From Coleofasciculus chthonoplastes F2-STO-03 (GTDB lineage: Bacteria; Cyanobacteriota; Cyanobacteriia; Cyanobacteriales; Coleofasciculaceae), in the NCBI GenBank assembly GCA_040222015.1, contig JAVJWO010000063.1, positions 1-36,833 of the forward strand: a stretch of DNA of 36,833 bases, read 5' to 3'. The notes under the pieces were generated by a model that was given only the letters and a program-made list of their open reading frames with translations, did no database searches and was not told where the DNA came from. How positions within the stretch are numbered: the stretch's first letter is position 1; each line of letters starts with the position of its first letter. Of the stretch, positions 9,057-18,864 are shown one piece after another. The position numbers and the translations under genes are program-made.

Positions 9057-9206
9057 ATGAGCAGCAAAACCTTAACAATTCAAGCGATGGTGCTATCAAA
9101 CATCGCCGCTTTGGGAGTGCGTCAAGTACAGCGTCCACAAGCTAAACCGATGCCGCTTCCCTCCCCTCGTAGGGGAGGCGTCGGGAGGGGTCTTTCCCCT
9201 AGTTAA
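9057..9206 (+). CDS. Possible 49-aa small ORF just downstream of CIRCE
   Basis: MSSKTLTIQAMVLSNIAALGVRQVQRPQAKPMPLPSPRRGGVGRGLSPS*, with purine-rich AAAAGAG upstream; the 3' part overlaps a palindromic repeat. Confidence 0.3.
   Translation: MSSKTLTIQAMVLSNIAALGVRQVQRPQAKPMPLPSPRRGGVGRGLSPS
9160..9178. repeat. Short palindrome CCTCCCCT-CGT-AGGGGAGG (REP-like or terminator)
   Basis: Perfect 8-bp stem with 3-nt loop. Confidence 0.55.
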
Positions 9207-9263
9207 TTAACCAACAGGATCATATATTAGGCGTATACATCCCCTATGATTACGTTTGCCGCT

Positions 9264-9297
9264 AATGACAAATGACGAATGACGAATGACCAATAAC
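9264..9297 (+). repeat. STRR heptamer (AATGACN)n before the kinase start
   Basis: AATGACA AATGACG AATGACG AATGACC AATAACT. Confidence 0.8.
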
Positions 9298-9301
9298 TAA
9301 A

Positions 9302-11278
9302 ATGAACATACTCCTGGCGGGTCACTATCAAATCATAAAATACTTAGGCGGTGGCGGTTTCGGTCAAACGTTTCTGGCTAGAGATAGCCATTTACCGGGG
9401 AATCCCTTGTGTGTGGTTAAGCAACTCAAACCTCAGCTAAACCAGCCGCAAGCCTTGGAAACGGCAAAACGCTTATTTGAGCGGGAGGCACAAACCCTGT
9501 ATCGCTTGGGAACCCACGACCAAATCCCCCGATTGCTGGCGCACTTTGAGCAAGATGAGGAGTTTTACTTGGTGCAGGAGTTTGTCGAGGGTCAACCCCT
9601 GAACCAAGAATTTGCTCTGGGTCAAAAAATCACTGAGTCAGAAGCGATCGCACTGCTTAACGATATCTTACAGGTCTTAGCCTTTGTTCACCAACAGCAG
9701 GTGATTCACCGCGACATTAAACCCGCCAACTTGATTCGCCGCCGTCGCGATCGCAAAATTGTGTTGATTGATTTTGGTGTGGTTAAAGCCGTGAGTACGC
9801 CCACCTCTAACCTGTATGGCGCAACCAGTATCACCGTAGCCGTGGGTTCCCCCGGTTATATGCCTAGCGAACAACAAGCGGGTCAACCTTATTTTAGTAG
9901 TGACATCTACGCCGTGGGGATGGTGGTGTTGCAAGCCTTAACCGGATTAAGTCCCACCAGTAAGCAAACTGCTCAAAGACTCCCTCGTGATCACTATGGA
10001 GAATTTTCTTGCGCTTTACTGCGCGATCGCATGACGATTCATCCCGGTTTAGCCGCTATTCTAGATAAGATGGTGCGCTATGACTATCGACAGCGATATC
10101 GAGACGCCAGTGAAGCCCTGCAAGCCCTAGAGCAATTTTGCCACCATACCCAGGGGGATGAACCCATTACTCATCCGCAAACTCTGGTTGTCCCCACCAC
10201 CCATCCCCAATCACAAATCACCGATCACCAAACCCCCACATTACCCCTTTCCTCACCTCAGACGCTAGATGAACCCGAAGGACAGGTAAGTTTGAATTCT
10301 AGCTTTTACGTCGAGCGCCCTCCCGTAGAATCAGACTGTTATGATGCTATTCTCAAACCCGGTGCTTTAATTCGGGTAAAAGCGCCGCGACAAATGGGCA
10401 AAAGTTCGTTACTCTCACGGATTCTCAACTATGCCAGTCAGCAAGACTATCGCACCGTTTGCTTGAATTTTCAATCGGCTGATGCCGAGTTTCTCACCAG
10501 TTTAGATCAATTTTTACAATGGTTTTGTGCCAGCGTGAGCTGGAATTTAGGCTTAGACGATTGCTTAGACACCTATTGGCGAGGAATTTTAGGCAGTAAG
10601 AATAAATGTACCGATTATTTTCAACGCTATTTATTATCCCAAACCACTCAGCCTTTAGTATTGGGATTAGATGAAGTGGATCAAATCTTCCAATATCCAG
10701 ACATCGCCACAGACTTTTTTGGACTGTTGCGAGCATGGCATGAGCAGGGGAAGAACCAGGCAATTTGGCAGCGCCTACGACTGGTGTTTGTTCATTCTAA
10801 AGAAGTTTATATTCCCCTGAATATTAATCAATCCCCTTTCAATGTTGGCATACCGATTGAACTCCCGGAACTGAATCCGGTACAAGTCTGGGATTTAGTC
10901 CAGCGCCATTCTCTAGATTGGCAACCCAACCAGGTGGAGGAACTGATGAGTATGACTGGAGGACATCCTTATCTGGTGCGAGTTGCACTGCATCAAATCG
11001 CCCGAGGGAAGATGACATTGGATAAATTGCTGCAAGTTGCACCAACAGAAGAAGGACCCTTCTATGACCATTTACGTCGCCATTTATTAAATTTAGAAGA
11101 AAATGCCGAATTGGTGGCAGCGATTCAGCAAGTTGTGGCGGCGAATCAGTCTGTTGAAATTAAAGCCGCCGCTGCGTTTAAATTACGCAGTATGGGACTG
11201 GTGAAGTTTCAGGGAAACGCCGTCACACCCTTGTGTCAGATGTATCGCCACTATTTTCGCGATCGCCTCAAAAATTAA
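9302..11278 (+). CDS. Ser/Thr protein kinase fused to an AAA_35-like P-loop NTPase domain
   Basis: Kinase motifs LGGGGFG, VVK, HRDIKPAN, DFG, GYMPSE, SDIY; Walker A APRQMGKS, Walker B LGLDEVD, QSPFNVG, GGHPYL. Confidence 0.92.
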   Translation: MNILLAGHYQIIKYLGGGGFGQTFLARDSHLPGNPLCVVKQLKPQLNQPQALETAKRLFEREAQTLYRLGTHDQIPRLLAHFEQDEEFYLVQEFVEGQPLNQEFALGQKITESEAIALLNDILQVLAFVHQQQVIHRDIKPANLIRRRRDRKIVLIDFGVVKAVSTPTSNLYGATSITVAVGSPGYMPSEQQAGQPYFSSDIYAVGMVVLQALTGLSPTSKQTAQRLPRDHYGEFSCALLRDRMTIHPGLAAILDKMVRYDYRQRYRDASEALQALEQFCHHTQGDEPITHPQTLVVPTTHPQSQITDHQTPTLPLSSPQTLDEPEGQVSLNSSFYVERPPVESDCYDAILKPGALIRVKAPRQMGKSSLLSRILNYASQQDYRTVCLNFQSADAEFLTSLDQFLQWFCASVSWNLGLDDCLDTYWRGILGSKNKCTDYFQRYLLSQTTQPLVLGLDEVDQIFQYPDIATDFFGLLRAWHEQGKNQAIWQRLRLVFVHSKEVYIPLNINQSPFNVGIPIELPELNPVQVWDLVQRHSLDWQPNQVEELMSMTGGHPYLVRVALHQIARGKMTLDKLLQVAPTEEGPFYDHLRRHLLNLEENAELVAAIQQVVAANQSVEIKAAAAFKLRSMGLVKFQGNAVTPLCQMYRHYFRDRLKN

Positions 11279-11371
11279 TCGCTAATCTGAATACAGCGTT
11301 AACATTGCGCCACTAACTGATAACGTGACTAAATCTGCCCGTCTCACGTTTGCTTTTTACATTCTACTTTG

Positions 11372-11380
11372 TGCTATAGT
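11372..11380 (+). promoter_or_regulatory. Possible extended -10 promoter
   Basis: TGCTATAGT ends 47 bp upstream of the ATG at 11428. Confidence 0.35.
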
Positions 11381-11427
11381 ATTGAATTTAAGTTTATCAT
11401 AGAGAATAACTCTCTAGGGATTAATTT

Positions 11428-12369
11428 ATGGCATCTACAACCTGTTCCCTATCCATCACGGTAGCGCGAACTGATATCCCCTTCATGATGCATACGATTC
11501 CTCATATTGTGAGGATGTGTAATTATCCGTTTACGCAACGCATTTTAGCTGTAGATACGGCGCCTTTGTCGGGTGACAAAGTAAATCGTCCAGGTGTGGG
11601 AACAATGGAACAACTGCGGGACTATTGTGATCAGTTACTGGCGGCGGGTGTGGTTGACAAGTTTGTCGATATCGATTACTCTCCAGAGTATCAAAAACAG
11701 ATTTATCAAAAACATTTTGGCGCTCGCATACGCCCGAGTCATAATTACAAAGGATATCCAATTCTCGGAACGATTTTCTCCATTGAAGAAGTTCCGGGAG
11801 ACTATGTGGTTCACTTTGATAGTGATATGCTGATTCATCAGCAACCGGACTACAGTTGGATAGAAGAGGGGATTCAATTACTGCAAAACCATCCTGAGGT
11901 GATGTCCGTTAGACCCCTAACGGGTCCGCCTAAAGAAGATGGAGACATTCATCAACGGGTTCCTTACGAACGAGATCCGGCGGGGTTCTATAAATTTAAG
12001 TTTTTTAGCAGTCGTGTTTATTTGAGCGATCGCAAACGTTTTGATAGCTTACTTCCCCTCTCCGTTCTCTGGAGATCCTATAAAAATAAGGTGTTGAACG
12101 GATTACCCAACTCGCTAAAAACCAAACTGAATTATTTAACTGGAAAAGGGAAATTAGACTCTTGGGAAATTATGGTATCAAATCGCTTGGAAGAAACCGC
12201 CTATGTGCGAGCGGTTCTAGATTCCCCCCAAGCTTGGACAATTCACCCCAAAAATCGGGAGCCAGAATTTATAGCAGCACTTCCTAAATTGATTGAGAAA
12301 ATTGAGCAAGGATGGTATCCGCCGGAACAAGCCGGGTATTATGATCTCATTTTTGAGCATTGGTTATAA
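11428..12369 (+). CDS. Putative GT-A fold (GT2-like) glycosyltransferase
   Basis: Hydrophobic strand plus DxD (YVVHFDSDML); located in a glycosylation cluster. Confidence 0.6.
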   Translation: MASTTCSLSITVARTDIPFMMHTIPHIVRMCNYPFTQRILAVDTAPLSGDKVNRPGVGTMEQLRDYCDQLLAAGVVDKFVDIDYSPEYQKQIYQKHFGARIRPSHNYKGYPILGTIFSIEEVPGDYVVHFDSDMLIHQQPDYSWIEEGIQLLQNHPEVMSVRPLTGPPKEDGDIHQRVPYERDPAGFYKFKFFSSRVYLSDRKRFDSLLPLSVLWRSYKNKVLNGLPNSLKTKLNYLTGKGKLDSWEIMVSNRLEETAYVRAVLDSPQAWTIHPKNREPEFIAALPKLIEKIEQGWYPPEQAGYYDLIFEHWL

Positions 12370-12400
12370 ATCCTATTTCTAACAGGTTAATTAGCATACT

Positions 12401-13264
12401 ATGAAACAAATCAAAGCACTACGTCATAGAATTCGACTGTATAAAAATGATCTCGTGGCGGGATACTTCAACTTTCGGATCAACACCCTTGCTGATCCGT
12501 ATACCATCGTTGGACGAGGGCAACCGTACCGGATTCTGTTAGTTCTTAGTCACATGCGATCGGGGTCATCGTTACTGACTCATCTGTTGAATTCTAATCC
12601 TGAAATTATCGGTTATGGTGAAACCCATATTCAATATGCTTCAGAACAAGACTTTAAAAAGCTTTTTGTGAAAGTTTATTTAAATTCACGCGAATTTACT
12701 AAAATTGAAGACTTGGAAAAATTACAGATGAATCAAAATTATGTTTTAGATAAGGTTTTACATGACAACAAATTTTTAACCGAAGACATTTTGAACTCTC
12801 AGCAAGTCTACGCTGTCTTTCTCTTAAGAGAACCGCAGCGGAGTCTCGCCAGCATCATGGATTTAAAACCCCATTGGGATCAAGAAACAGCTTGTCATTA
12901 CTACATTAATCGCTTATCCAGTTTAGTCAGATATGCTCAACTCATCAATCGTAAACAACGCAGTCTGTTTTTCACCTATCAGCAACTCTTAGATCAGACG
13001 GATTCAGTATTCATGGCGTTAAAAAACGTTTTAGAAACGAGAGAAAATTTTTCCGAACACTATGAAGTGCTTAGAACAACGGGGATGCCAAGCATCGGTG
13101 ATTCTAAGGGAAATATTAAAGCCGGTAAAATTATCCGAAATCAGAGAAAATTAAACCCGACAATTTCTCCAGATTTAATCGATAAAGCGAATCTACACTT
13201 CGAGCAATGTTCTGCAACGTTATCTGACTATTGCCGCACGATTGATCATGTAGACTACAATTAA
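12401..13264 (+). CDS. Sulfotransferase family protein
   Basis: 5'-PSB motif HMRSGSSLL, LNSNPEIIGYGE, and 3'-PB-like LLREPQRSLAS. Confidence 0.8.
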   Translation: MKQIKALRHRIRLYKNDLVAGYFNFRINTLADPYTIVGRGQPYRILLVLSHMRSGSSLLTHLLNSNPEIIGYGETHIQYASEQDFKKLFVKVYLNSREFTKIEDLEKLQMNQNYVLDKVLHDNKFLTEDILNSQQVYAVFLLREPQRSLASIMDLKPHWDQETACHYYINRLSSLVRYAQLINRKQRSLFFTYQQLLDQTDSVFMALKNVLETRENFSEHYEVLRTTGMPSIGDSKGNIKAGKIIRNQRKLNPTISPDLIDKANLHFEQCSATLSDYCRTIDHVDYN

Positions 13265-13271
13265 AATTGCT

Positions 13272-13399
13272 TAAGCTGTTCGGCAATTTAAACCTTAATG
13301 TCAATAATAGCGAATCCTTATAGTGCGTTAAGCGAAGCCATGCCGCAGGCTTTGCATCTTGCTCGCTGCCCATTCCCAATTTAAATGCATGACAGCTTA
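13272..13399 (-). mobile_element. 128-bp MITE, copy 2 (inverted relative to copy 1)
   Basis: TAAGCTGTTCGGCAATTTAAA ... TTTAAATGCATGACAGCTTA. Confidence 0.85.
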
Positions 13400-13872
13400 T
13401 TGTTTGAGAAAGACTTGAACACTTCCCTTTCCTGAACCTTTAGCAAAATCTGTAGACCAATATTTTGGGTAAAGGGTTTGAGCATGAATCAATTCTTTTT
13501 CCTGTTCCGCTCCTGTCTTGATTGTCGTGATTGACAGAATTGCACAAGGTTCAACATTCACAGAAGGACGAACGTTGGCTGACTCATTGTTCACGTTAAC
13601 AAATCGAATCCTGCTCTCTGGCTGATCCTGCTGAAAAAGTCTCCATAAGGGGTATTCAAACGAAGTACCTTCTAAGAGCAAGCCAATATTCGAGCAATTT
13701 TGAGATTGGGTAACCTTAACAGCTTCTACATAAGGGGTTTTGGTTAGGCGGCGCTACTATAGCAATTAAACCGACTACCGCAACAATTAAGGTAACACCG
13801 CCAACTGCGCTTTGAGGAGGCAAAAATGAAAAGTAGAAAAATAAGGGATAAAAATGGCAATAAATTGAGCAT
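13397..13872 (-). pseudogene. Internally deleted, frameshifted remnant of a GT-C-like membrane protein
   Basis: Three segments in different frames: MLNLLPFLSLIFLLFIFASSKRSWR (ATG 13872); GVTLIVAVVGLIAIVAPPN; KTPYVEAVKVTQSQNCSNIGLLLEGTSFEYPLW...VFLKQ*. Confidence 0.65.
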
Positions 13873-13883
13873 GAAATTTTCCC

Positions 13884-15491
13884 CTAATTCTTGAGGTTTA
13901 TTTTATACAAGTTCTTGACAAGCACCTGAGTTTGAATAGCTTCATTTTTTTCGATAAAATCCTTAAATGTAGGATCGGGATAAAGCAGAAAGACATCACT
14001 AAATTCACCAAGGTTTTCGACCAAATTAATTTTTTGTTGCCATTGTTGAACATTGTCAGGTTGGAGAAATTGAAACTTGACATCATCATCAACAAGATAG
14101 AGTAGTGCCAAGATAAAGCTGTGTGTAGTTTCACTGATCACTAACGGATTCTTGGCTTGATTGAGGTAGGGGGCGATCTCTAAATTTTTACCACTAGCTG
14201 TTCCTCTTTGATCATCTAAATTAGCGGTTCTTTCCTGCATTAAAATTGTTCCAGACATAATCCCCAGTGTTATTATGATTAGGAAAATGATAGCCCAAAC
14301 ACGACGTTGCCATAACTTAATCGATGTTGAACCCATTTGAGATGCTAATAAGTAAGCAATAGATAACTGAATGCCTAAATGGAAAGGAAGATAATATCGA
14401 GATTGTACGTGCAATGCTGAGGGGGTAATAAAATTAGCAACTATATGTAATAAAGGAGTGAGGCTAACCAGGATAACAATAAAAAGCCATACATTTATAC
14501 GGGTCTTACGCACTAGATAGTAGAGTGAATAAATAATCAATAAAAATAAGCATAAAGAGAACAGTTTTTCTAGCCTGCCATGTCGATGATAAAAATCGAT
14601 AAAAACATTGCCAATGTTGATATATAAAGCCATGATTAGCCGACTAAAACTAATCTTAAATTGGTCATAGTAGCTTGTTCCTTCATCAACCCTGCCTAAA
14701 TTTAAAAAGAAAATAATAATCCAAGGACTGAATAAAACTATACTTAATACACAAGCTAACCCATAATCGATTATTTTTTTAGTAAATTTAAAGCCTTCGA
14801 TACATAAAACATAAATTAGCTGACCCAAGGCAACAATAACCGAAAATAAATGCGTATAAAATCCCAGTGTCAGCGTAATCGCATACATCAACCAACTGGT
14901 TCTATCTTGAACACGCAAAGCTCTCAGTAGCGCCGCACTAGACAATAAAATAGTAACAGTCCATAAGCTGTATGAACCGGCATTCTGAGATGCCAATATA
15001 TGAAAGGGAGAAACAGATGCTATGGCCATTGACACCCATCCTGTTAAAGGGGATTTGAATAACTCAATGCAGAGCCAATAAAAACAGGGTAAATATAAAA
15101 AACTTAAGAGGACTGAGATCGTTTTTGCTGATGCTGGATTTCTAAACAACTTCAGCCAATATCGCGTTATTATATGATGTAGAGGAACGTGTTCTGTTTT
15201 ACCTGATAAAACCTTAAATACATCAGTTAAATTATTGTCTGAGCTAGGGTATTGATATCTTTTTAACTCTTCTGCACTAACAATGTTTCCCGTGAAAACC
15301 TCTTCCTTAAATGCTTCACTGCTATGACCAGAAAGCCAGATAATCTTCCTGACTTCATCAGCATTGTAGACTTTTTGATCGAGATTCGCAAAACGCAAAA
15401 ATATTCCTAACACCAAAATAATGGCAAATAGCAAATGTATTTTTTTGAATGTCTTAAAATAACTTTTGTTTTCTGAATTAACATTATTCAT
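13884..15491 (-). CDS. GT-C fold (GT39/PMT_2-like) membrane glycosyltransferase
   Basis: LGIFLRFANLDQKVYNADE, EHVPLH, SPFHILASQ and YTHLFS motifs; many TM helices. Confidence 0.85.
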   Translation of the reverse strand: MNNVNSENKSYFKTFKKIHLLFAIILVLGIFLRFANLDQKVYNADEVRKIIWLSGHSSEAFKEEVFTGNIVSAEELKRYQYPSSDNNLTDVFKVLSGKTEHVPLHHIITRYWLKLFRNPASAKTISVLLSFLYLPCFYWLCIELFKSPLTGWVSMAIASVSPFHILASQNAGSYSLWTVTILLSSAALLRALRVQDRTSWLMYAITLTLGFYTHLFSVIVALGQLIYVLCIEGFKFTKKIIDYGLACVLSIVLFSPWIIIFFLNLGRVDEGTSYYDQFKISFSRLIMALYINIGNVFIDFYHRHGRLEKLFSLCLFLLIIYSLYYLVRKTRINVWLFIVILVSLTPLLHIVANFITPSALHVQSRYYLPFHLGIQLSIAYLLASQMGSTSIKLWQRRVWAIIFLIIITLGIMSGTILMQERTANLDDQRGTASGKNLEIAPYLNQAKNPLVISETTHSFILALLYLVDDDVKFQFLQPDNVQQWQQKINLVENLGEFSDVFLLYPDPTFKDFIEKNEAIQTQVLVKNLYKINLKN

Positions 15492-15551
15492 GATTATTCA
15501 TCCTGTTATTCTCATTGATTGGGATCATATCAGGGACAGCACGCAAGATTC

Positions 15552-15630
15552 TTGTAGGTTGGGAGAGCGTAAGCGTTACCCAACAGACTAACGATGGCGT
15601 TGGGTTTCGTTCCAAGATCCCAACCTACAA
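15552..15630. repeat. REPIN-like doublet of GTAGGTTGGG-type palindromes
   Basis: TTGTAGGTTGGGA...ACCCAAC...GTTGGGTTTC...TCCCAACCTACAA; outer 13-bp inverted repeat. Confidence 0.8.
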
Positions 15631-15694
15631 AGGTGACATGCTCCCCATTGATTCTGGGCAAGTTCACTGAATTAATGCTTATGAATTAATAGTA

Positions 15695-17317
15695 TCATAT
15701 TTTAACAACTTTCAATAGCCCTTTATGGATTTTTTTTATTTGAAATCTAGGATATTTATTGACTAAAAAATCCAGCAACTCCTGACGTGGATAGTAAATA
15801 AATATATCACTAAATTGATTTTTCCATTTGGGCATAATTAGCTTGTTATTCCATTGATTTAGATCATTCTCTTTGAGCAATTGGAATCGGACATGATCAT
15901 CAATGAGATAACTTAAAGACAAGAGATAGCTATGAGTTGAGTCACTGATTACCAAAGGTTGTTTGTTTTTATTAAGAATCGGAGCAATTTCAAGATTCTC
16001 AGATATTGGTGTTCCTTTAAGCTCTAAATAATCCCAATCTTGAGACTGTGTAATTAATACTCCAGATATTACACCCAAGGAAATCAGAGTAACCAGTAAT
16101 AAATGACTTCCCAGTCTTAAGGCATCGTTTTTTAATTGAAGTCCCGCGCCAACTAAGTAAGAAACGCTAATTTGAATCCCTAAGTATGATGTCACTAAAT
16201 AACGAGATTGCAAAGATCTTACACCGACTTCCGAGATGAGATCCGGCAAAATCAAAAGTAACCATGAAGGAAAAATCAGTAAGACAAGAAACAACCACTT
16301 GTTTTTTTTTCTAGATTTACAGACCCGATAAATCGAATACACGAATAAAGAAAAAATAATTATCGATAGGTAGTATTCAAGTCTGGTGTTGCCATTAAAA
16401 TCTATGAATATATCTCCCACATTATTAATATTTTCCTGAATTATTTTCTTGAAACCAGATTCAAATTCTCTTGTCCAAGCTGTTACTTTTTGAAGTTTTT
16501 TATGATTAGTTAAAATCATAAAAGTCCAAGGTAAAAAAAATAGAATAGCTATCAGCAATGACAAAGAATATTTTAATAAGTTTTTGCTACAATGCCATCC
16601 TTTTGTGCTAACAGTGTAAACAACCTGACCCAACAAAGTTATGGCAAAAAACAGATGAGAGTAAAGTCCTCCAATTATAGTTATAGTGTAGGCTATCCAA
16701 CTCATTGTTTTCCTTGTCCGCAAGGAATGTAATAGCGTCGCACTTGATAAAATTGTCATTAGAGTCCAAAGGCTATATTCCCTGGCTGCTTGTGAAAGAA
16801 GAATTTGATAGGGGGAAATAGAAAATAATGTAAGTGCTACTAAAGCGACTAAGGGTGATCCAAACAACTCACAACATAACCAATAAAGTGGCACAAGTGA
16901 TAAAATTCCCAGGATCACAGCTAAAACTCTTACTGAAAATGGTGAATTAAATAAATGCATCCAAAATCTAGCCATTAAGTAAAAGAGTGGTGGATGCTCA
17001 GGATTATTAGAAAGAGCAAAAACCGCATCTACTAGATTTTTTTCTGGAGAGGGCGTTTGATATTTTTGTATGTCTTGAGCCGTAATAATATCGCCAGTAA
17101 ATATTTTATCAATTACCTCTTCTCTTACATATCCAGATAGTCGATAAAAGCTCCTTACCTCATCCCAATTAAAAACCTTATTTTCAAGGTTAGCAAAACG
17201 CAAAATAATTCCGATGATGATTGCAAAAACAATAAATACTTTAATTATATTCTGCCAATTCAATCTAAATGAATTGAAAATCTTGCTCTTGTATCCAGTG
17301 GTTAAATTATAAATCAT
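15695..17317 (-). CDS. GT-C fold (GT39/PMT_2-like) membrane glycosyltransferase, paralogue of 13884-15491
   Basis: LRFANLENKVFNWDE, PEHPPLFY, SPYQILLSQAAREYSL, YSHLF; many TM helices. Confidence 0.88.
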   Translation of the reverse strand: MIYNLTTGYKSKIFNSFRLNWQNIIKVFIVFAIIIGIILRFANLENKVFNWDEVRSFYRLSGYVREEVIDKIFTGDIITAQDIQKYQTPSPEKNLVDAVFALSNNPEHPPLFYLMARFWMHLFNSPFSVRVLAVILGILSLVPLYWLCCELFGSPLVALVALTLFSISPYQILLSQAAREYSLWTLMTILSSATLLHSLRTRKTMSWIAYTITIIGGLYSHLFFAITLLGQVVYTVSTKGWHCSKNLLKYSLSLLIAILFFLPWTFMILTNHKKLQKVTAWTREFESGFKKIIQENINNVGDIFIDFNGNTRLEYYLSIIIFSLFVYSIYRVCKSRKKNKWLFLVLLIFPSWLLLILPDLISEVGVRSLQSRYLVTSYLGIQISVSYLVGAGLQLKNDALRLGSHLLLVTLISLGVISGVLITQSQDWDYLELKGTPISENLEIAPILNKNKQPLVISDSTHSYLLSLSYLIDDHVRFQLLKENDLNQWNNKLIMPKWKNQFSDIFIYYPRQELLDFLVNKYPRFQIKKIHKGLLKVVKI

Positions 17318-17363
17318 ATATAGTTCATTTTAATAAATAACATATTTTAATATCAAATTATTA

Positions 17364-18749
17364 CTAAATAAATTTGATCTTTTGAGCCGCATAAACACAC
17401 ATTTTAAACAGAATCAAACCTTCTTTAAAATGCTGTATGTTAGAACTCCCATAGGTTCTGGGAACATATCGAACTGGTATATCTTTAATTTTTAATCCCA
17501 ATTTAGCCGCACCAAAAAGTAAATCGAAATCGCCAAAGGGATCGAATTCGCCAAAATAGGAACGATTAGCAGCAATGCGATGGTAATTTTCTTTGGAAAG
17601 CACTTTAGTACCACATAGGGAATCCTTGATTTTTGTATTCAGTAAGTATGACAATAACCAAGCAAAAAAGCGATTAGCCATCCGATTTAACCAGGGCATA
17701 GCTTGAGAATTTATGGGATAAATTAAACGGCAACCATTTGCAAATTCACAATGACCAGATGCAACAGCTTGGAAAAAGTGAACTAAATCTTCGGGTCTAA
17801 CTGTTAAATCAGAATCTAGAATAATTAATATATCTCCAGTTGCCATATTGAAACCTTGGCGAACAGCATCTCCTTTGCCTTTTCCTTGTTGTTGACAGAT
17901 TTTAATGTCCCATTGGTCACCATATTTTGCCTGAACTCGTTGAATTTCTTCCCAAGTATTATCACAGGAATGTCCTTCGATAAAAATAATTTCTGTGTGC
18001 TTGCCTAAGTGGGGCATTTCAGTCACACATCGTTCAATATTTCCCGCTTCATTTCGGGCTGGAATAACGACTGAACAGGTTAAACATTGAATATTTTTTT
18101 GTCCTTTCACTGGATCAGGTTGAGGCTTAGCAATAATATATTCAGTTAAACAAAGATTGTTGATAATTGGCAAGGGGGCTAAAATTTTATTGAATAAACT
18201 GAAAAAGATGGGCAACCGCCGGGGCAATAACATTCTTTTACCATGAACAATCACCTCAAATCCGGCAAGATCGAGTAAATTGTGAATGTCTTCATAACTT
18301 AGCCAGTTGAGATTATAGATTTCTCTTCTTTGTTTGAGTAAAGTTGCTAGGTTCAAAATAATTTCCCAGGCTGGATTATGAAATGTTAAAATGATTTGGG
18401 TCGAATCTTTGCAGACTTTTTGCAAGTTGAGGAAAGTCTTTTGAATATTACCGATGTAACTTACTGTGTTAGCAAGCAAAATATAATCAAACTTTTTGTT
18501 GCACTGAAAAGATCCGGGTTCTTCAATCCAAAATTCTAATTCTGGAAATTTTTGTCTGGCTACCTCAACAGCTTCAGCATTGCTATCGATTCCTAACCCT
18601 ACTTTGGGCTTAACAGCATTTAGCAAATAAGCGAGTTCTGAACCAACTTCCAAAACATCTGAATTGGCTTGAACAAAAAATTCATATAATTTTCTAATGT
18701 CTTCATAATAAGAAAAATTTCGTTTATTCCATTTTTTGAAGGAAGCCAT
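17364..18749 (-). CDS. Class I SAM-methyltransferase-like domain fused to a DPM-synthase-like GT2 domain
   Basis: N-terminal VLEVGS..LGID...FDYIL; C-terminal SVVIPARNEAGNI, GKGDAVRQG, ILDSDL, DSLCGTK, DPFGDFDLL. ATG at 18749 (TTG at 18758 is an alternative). Confidence 0.88.
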   Translation of the reverse strand: MASFKKWNKRNFSYYEDIRKLYEFFVQANSDVLEVGSELAYLLNAVKPKVGLGIDSNAEAVEVARQKFPELEFWIEEPGSFQCNKKFDYILLANTVSYIGNIQKTFLNLQKVCKDSTQIILTFHNPAWEIILNLATLLKQRREIYNLNWLSYEDIHNLLDLAGFEVIVHGKRMLLPRRLPIFFSLFNKILAPLPIINNLCLTEYIIAKPQPDPVKGQKNIQCLTCSVVIPARNEAGNIERCVTEMPHLGKHTEIIFIEGHSCDNTWEEIQRVQAKYGDQWDIKICQQQGKGKGDAVRQGFNMATGDILIILDSDLTVRPEDLVHFFQAVASGHCEFANGCRLIYPINSQAMPWLNRMANRFFAWLLSYLLNTKIKDSLCGTKVLSKENYHRIAANRSYFGEFDPFGDFDLLFGAAKLGLKIKDIPVRYVPRTYGSSNIQHFKEGLILFKMCVYAAQKIKFI

Positions 18750-18864
18750 AGTTAGCAAAACCTTGGATTCAAAAACAGTTTGGCAATCACAATGGGGATT
18801 TCAATGTTCAAGTTTTCACTCCATTCAATTTAGACATTGATCGATTATTGCCTTGTTCATTATC

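Noticed and set aside
9010..9301. groES/groEL remnant after CIRCE
   Set aside because: I found no GroES- or GroEL-like peptide here.
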